This document shows positions 60,424-64,000 of a DNA stretch of 64,000 bases, one piece after another. Below the pieces are notes generated by a model. The model saw only the letters and a list, made by a program, of their open reading frames with translations, was not told the DNA's origin and ran no database searches. The stretch spans positions 31,266-95,265 of the forward strand of contig JAHDYJ010000001.1 in assembly GCA_023383795.1 (NCBI GenBank). Direction: 5' to 3'. The first letter of the stretch is position 1. Every line of letters starts with the position of its first letter. This DNA comes from Burkholderiales bacterium (GTDB taxonomy: Bacteria; Pseudomonadota; Gammaproteobacteria; Burkholderiales; SG8-39). A program made the translations under genes and the position numbers.

Positions 60424-61485
60424 TCACGCGGGCGAGCGCGAAGGCTGCCGCCACCGCGCCACGGCGCCGCGCAGCCGCGCGACGCCGTCCTTGAAGGGGC
60501 TGAGCACCTTCTCGCCCGAGCGGCAGAGCACGGGCGTCGTCCCGAGCCGGTGCTTGAAGCGGTAGATGCCGTGGAGCGGGTGGCTCTCGTCGGCGGCCGC
60601 GGCAGGCACGCCGCCGCGGTTGAGGAGGCGGTAGCCCTCGTCCTTGAACGTCGTCACCGCGTACCAGTAGAGGCCGGTCTGCGCGCCGAGCTTGTAGCCC
60701 GCCTCGGTGCTGCCGCTGAACACCGAGTAGGCCTTGCGCGCGAAGGTCGCATAGAGAATCGCGGCGATCACCGCGCCGCCCTGCTTCGCCATCAGCAGCC
60801 GCGCGGCCCCCGGCGCGAGGAGCGCCGCGTGAAGCCGCCGGTAGTACTCTGCATCGGAGGGCAGCTCGAAGCCCTGCTCGCGCTCGAGCCGTCGCTCGAG
60901 GGCGGACTCGCGCACGGCCGCAAGCGCCTCGATCGCGTCGGTGCCCGCGGTCCACGCGAACTCGACGCCGGCTTGCCCGAGCTTGCGGATGCGGTCGCGC
61001 TGGTCCTTCCTGACCGCCTGCCACAGCGCATCCGCATCGGCCTGTAGATCCACCTCGAACTCGGTCCGATCGGTCGTCGCATAGCCGCGCGACGGGAGCG
61101 AGAGGGTGCTCGCGCCGGAGAAGTTCGAGCCGACGAGGATGCGCGCGCAGCCGAGCCGCCGCGCGAAGCGCTCGGTCTCGTCGAGGAGCGCCGCGACGAG
61201 CGCCGGGTCGCCGCCCTTGGCGACCGGATAGGCCGGGAGCTCGAGGCTTCGCAGGATCCAGCTCGCCAGCGGGCGCCTCGACTGCCGGAAGAGCGCCAGC
61301 GCGACGCCGGCGGCACCGCCCGCGTCCCCGTCCCTGCCGAGGACGAACACCGGCCGGCAGCCCTGCACCTGCCTCTGCAGCTCGGCCCAGTGCGAGCTGT
61401 GGAAGACCGTGCCGTCGAGGGCCTCGACGGCGGCGTCCCAGTCCTGCGGCGGCGACGCTTCGCTAGTCTCGAACGTGAGGGTCAT
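60424..61485 (-). CDS. FemAB-like / GNAT-fold peptidyl- or aminoacyl-transferase-like protein
   Basis: 353 aa. VFHSSHWAELQ, KDQRDRIRKLGQAGVEF and AYSVFSGSTEAGYKLGAQTGLYWYAVTTFKDEGYRLLNRGGV. It has the same architecture as 18880-19938. Confidence 0.75.
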   Translation of the reverse strand: MTLTFETSEASPPQDWDAAVEALDGTVFHSSHWAELQRQVQGCRPVFVLGRDGDAGGAAGVALALFRQSRRPLASWILRSLELPAYPVAKGGDPALVAALLDETERFARRLGCARILVGSNFSGASTLSLPSRGYATTDRTEFEVDLQADADALWQAVRKDQRDRIRKLGQAGVEFAWTAGTDAIEALAAVRESALERRLEREQGFELPSDAEYYRRLHAALLAPGAARLLMAKQGGAVIAAILYATFARKAYSVFSGSTEAGYKLGAQTGLYWYAVTTFKDEGYRLLNRGGVPAAAADESHPLHGIYRFKHRLGTTPVLCRSGEKVLSPFKDGVARLRGAVARWRQPSRSPA

Positions 61486-61530
61486 TCACGGCGATCTCGA
61501 CAATTGCGGCTTCGACCGGTAGGACTACGA

Positions 61531-62496
61531 TCATCGGGCGAGGGATTCGAGCGTCGACCGCGCTTCCTTGAGAAGCGCGCCGCAGGAGGTTCTGACCAGA
61601 AACCGAAGTCCCACGCGGCGGGGCAGGGAGCGGGATGCCGCTTCCGCCGACCGCCACATATCGAGCAGTTGAAACAGCATGACCCATTGCAATGCGAGGC
61701 GAACTGCGGGATCGGCGTCCAGGCCGTATTCCCGACAGAACACGGTGCGCAGTCTTTCCGAGGAGATGCGCAGTAGCACGAACCGCGGGCTGCAAAGGAA
61801 CAATGCGAGCTGATTTAGGAAGGATGCCAAGTCGTACACGACGACATTCTCGAAGGACGCGTGCACGTCGACCCCTACGACGCGATCTCCGGAGAGCATC
61901 AGATTGTCCGGCTTGAAGTCGCCGTGTATCCAGCTCCTCGGAAGACGCGGACGTCCAGCGAGCGCGGCCGCCTCGCACAGAAACTCGACGGCGCTGCGAA
62001 AAAGCCGGTCCGGTACCGGTCTCGTCTCGGCCATGGCGTGGACCTGCGCGAGTTTGTCGTCCAGATCCAGCGCGCCCGGCGGCAAAACGCGAGCGCCATG
62101 GAACGCGTTCAGCCATTGGCCCGCCAGCGAGCAGAGTCGCTCGGCGTTCGCGGCGGAGAACGGCCGACGCGCCAGCTCTTGCCTCAGGGTCAGGCCATCG
62201 ATCCACTCGATGACGATTTCGGCCGCCTGCTCGCGAAGCACCATCGGCTCTGGCACTGAGAAGCGGCCGGCGCCCATTGCCTCATGAACCCGGGCCAGCG
62301 CGCCGAATTCCGCGACCGCCATCTCCGGGACGGGAGAGCCCGTCGCATCATCGATGCAGATCTTCACCCAGAGTGCACGCCCGGAGTCCGCGTCCCGAGC
62401 CTTGAAGACGCGGGAGTTCCTTCGGATGACGATCGGGCCCAGTGGGATCAGCTGGGGGGATGGGCTTCTCGGCCCGATAGTCGCGTCGCCAGTCAC
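61531..62496 (-). CDS. Protein-kinase-like / aminoglycoside-phosphotransferase-fold kinase
   Basis: GTG 62496. The catalytic loop SWIHGDFKPDNLML is followed by VVGVDVH (a DxD-like metal site), an APH/choline-kinase-like arrangement. Confidence 0.75.
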   Translation of the reverse strand: MTGDATIGPRSPSPQLIPLGPIVIRRNSRVFKARDADSGRALWVKICIDDATGSPVPEMAVAEFGALARVHEAMGAGRFSVPEPMVLREQAAEIVIEWIDGLTLRQELARRPFSAANAERLCSLAGQWLNAFHGARVLPPGALDLDDKLAQVHAMAETRPVPDRLFRSAVEFLCEAAALAGRPRLPRSWIHGDFKPDNLMLSGDRVVGVDVHASFENVVVYDLASFLNQLALFLCSPRFVLLRISSERLRTVFCREYGLDADPAVRLALQWVMLFQLLDMWRSAEAASRSLPRRVGLRFLVRTSCGALLKEARSTLESLAR

Positions 62497-62536
62497 ACGG
62501 ATCAGTTCGTCTGCAGGGGGACCAGACGCCTCTCGC

Positions 62537-63184
62537 TCAGGACAAATGCCGAGCGACGACGATGATCTCCTCAGTCAACAACGGCATCGGTCGTATCCGC
62601 CTGGTTTCACACAGCCCGGCACCGGCAAGAAGCCGCCGAAGCTCGTCCTCCGTGATCGGATGCGCGGCGGGCGGCGGATTGCCGATCAGCCGCTTGACCG
62701 CTCGCCGCATACGCTGGTACGGCGTGCTCAGCGACTGAGTGAAAACCACATCGCCGATCGTCACGGCTGCGACAGCCTTCAGGAAGGACACCTGCTCCGG
62801 CAGGGGAAAGTGCATCAGCACGCGTGCGCACAATGCTGCATCAAAGCGCTCGGAGCGCGCAGCCATCTGATGCACGTCGCATGCAAAGGACGAGAATCGC
62901 GATCCAAATCGCGCCAGCCGACGGTCCGCAATCTCGAGCATCGCGGGCGAGATATCGACGCCCATCACGGAGTATCCCGCCTCCAGTAGCGGCTCTGCCA
63001 GACGGCCAGTGCCGCACGGGAGATCGAGTATTCGACCGGGCTTGGGCACGTCGGCGAACGCACGAAGCACGCTCGACTTCTCGAGCCAGTTGAAGACGCG
63101 TCCAGTCAGCCTGGAGAAGCGCTCGTCGTCGTAGCGTGCGGCGATCTTCCGATCCTGATAGTGCGTCTGAGGATTCCAATCCAT
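62537..63184 (-). CDS. Class I SAM-dependent methyltransferase
   Basis: Start moved to ATG 63184 (MDWNPQTHYQDRKIAARYDDERF). Motif I ILDLPCGTGRLAEPLL, plus VMGVDISPAML and FDAALCARVLMHF. Confidence 0.85.
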   Translation of the reverse strand: MDWNPQTHYQDRKIAARYDDERFSRLTGRVFNWLEKSSVLRAFADVPKPGRILDLPCGTGRLAEPLLEAGYSVMGVDISPAMLEIADRRLARFGSRFSSFACDVHQMAARSERFDAALCARVLMHFPLPEQVSFLKAVAAVTIGDVVFTQSLSTPYQRMRRAVKRLIGNPPPAAHPITEDELRRLLAGAGLCETRRIRPMPLLTEEIIVVARHLS

Positions 63185-63584
63185 GACCGCTCTACACCGA
63201 CTACGGGCTGACCCGCGCGGGAATCGAATGGCTCCGGTGACTTGGGAGCATGATACCGATCCTTCCGCGCAATGCCTGCGTTGGACAACGCCGCAGGACC
63301 CTCGGGCATGCTTCACCATCACCGTTCGAGGCTGCGATCCCATGTGCCGCTCCAAGCCGGCACATTCTTTCGGCACGGCTCGACGGCGCCGCCGGTCGAC
63401 AGCTTCGCCCGGCGGCATTCCGCGTAGGGCGCGGTGCGACTCGCACGACGCAAGGTCAGCCATTTTACGCAGGCCGCGGTCGCTGTCGGAAGTCGCGACG
63501 GTGAATTACTGTCAATGAAGTGCAAAATGTCCCACTTCGAGCCGCTGCCCGCCGCGCGATGCCGACGACCCCACGAAGAACGGC

Positions 63585-64000
63585 TCAGCTGCCTGCCCGT
63601 GCGATCGGCCTCGCGCGCGCGATGCGCGCTCCCGCCGTCGCCACGATCACCGCACCGAGCTGGACCACAGCCCAGCGAACGAACAGGACGTCCTCGCCCA
63701 GCAGCCGCGCGCGGTCCGGTCCGAGCAGGAACTGCGCCCCCGAGAACACGTTCCCGTACTTCTCCACCCGCGGCTCGAGACCGTGCGTCAGCAGCCACCA
63801 GCCGCAGGGCAGCGCAACCAGCGTCGCGACCACGCCCGCAAGCGCGGCGGCCGGCCGCAGCGGCATGCTCGCGAGCCAGACGACGTTCGCGGCGAACAGG
63901 ACGACGAGCAGGTAGAGGTAACCGCCGCCGCCGAGGCCGAAGAACGCGTCGCGGGCGATGAGCTCGTTCAGGTTGTCGGTGGAGGACCAGTCGAAAGCGA
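63585..64000 (-). CDS. Membrane protein, C-terminal fragment (N-terminus beyond window)
   Basis: The minus-strand frame stays open from the window edge: ..FDWSSTDNLNELIARDAFFGLGGGGYLYLLVVLFAANVVWLASMPLRPAAALAGVVATLVALPCGWWLLTHGLEPRVEKYGNVFSGAQFLLGP... with hydrophobic helices. The ORF track only shows the part from the internal Met (63585..63866). Confidence 0.5.
   Translation of the reverse strand, partial: AFDWSSTDNLNELIARDAFFGLGGGGYLYLLVVLFAANVVWLASMPLRPAAALAGVVATLVALPCGWWLLTHGLEPRVEKYGNVFSGAQFLLGPDRARLLGEDVLFVRWAVVQLGAVIVATAGARIARARPIARAGS

Overview
High-GC proteobacterial chromosomal DNA. Hand counts give about 70-72% GC in core genes and 52-62% in several accessory genes. Almost the whole window is one very large (~60 kb, ~45 CDS) exopolysaccharide locus of the exosortase A (XrtA) / PEP-CTERM type. 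I recognised no rRNA, tRNA, CRISPR array, transposase or integrase.

The core at 7.2-29 kb matches the already described XrtA locus architecture. It holds the PrsT TPR protein, a Wza-like export lipoprotein, a chain-length determinant, a BY-kinase-like ATPase, a beta-barrel protein, an ExeA-like ATPase, WecB, a deacetylase and a FemAB-like protein. It also holds XrtA fused to an EpsI domain, GT4 transferases and two canonical asparagine-synthase-type amidotransferases. Two PEP-CTERM cargo genes (2721-3746 and 6201-7058) lie upstream. Each is preceded by a sigma-54-like -24/-12 promoter plus an IHF-like site.

The right-hand ~35 kb is a compositionally mosaic accessory region:
- an AlgD-like GDP-mannose dehydrogenase, further glycosyltransferases and methyltransferases;
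- a CapK/PaaK-like adenylating enzyme;
- two degenerate asparagine-synthase-like proteins, one apparently frameshifted;
- an alpha/alpha-toroid protein and two secreted Kelch propellers, one with a Tat signal;
- a flippase, a signal-less heparinase II/III-like protein and an orphan c-type cytochrome;
- the exosortase-A-type O-antigen-ligase-like protein, a beta-helix + TPR pair, and an aminosugar / FemAB-like / kinase-like / methyltransferase block.

At the left edge there is a split MoeY-like ThiF + nitroreductase pair.

The locus is peppered with REP-like palindromes and hairpin repeat clusters, some reaching into coding sequence. The core system is known biology. The candidates for novelty are the accessory amide-forming/Kelch module, the five asparagine-synthase paralogues, the regulatory architecture of the cargo genes and the ThiF/nitroreductase pair.

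Family assignments rest on motifs I can read in the translations plus recalled family knowledge. No database search was run.
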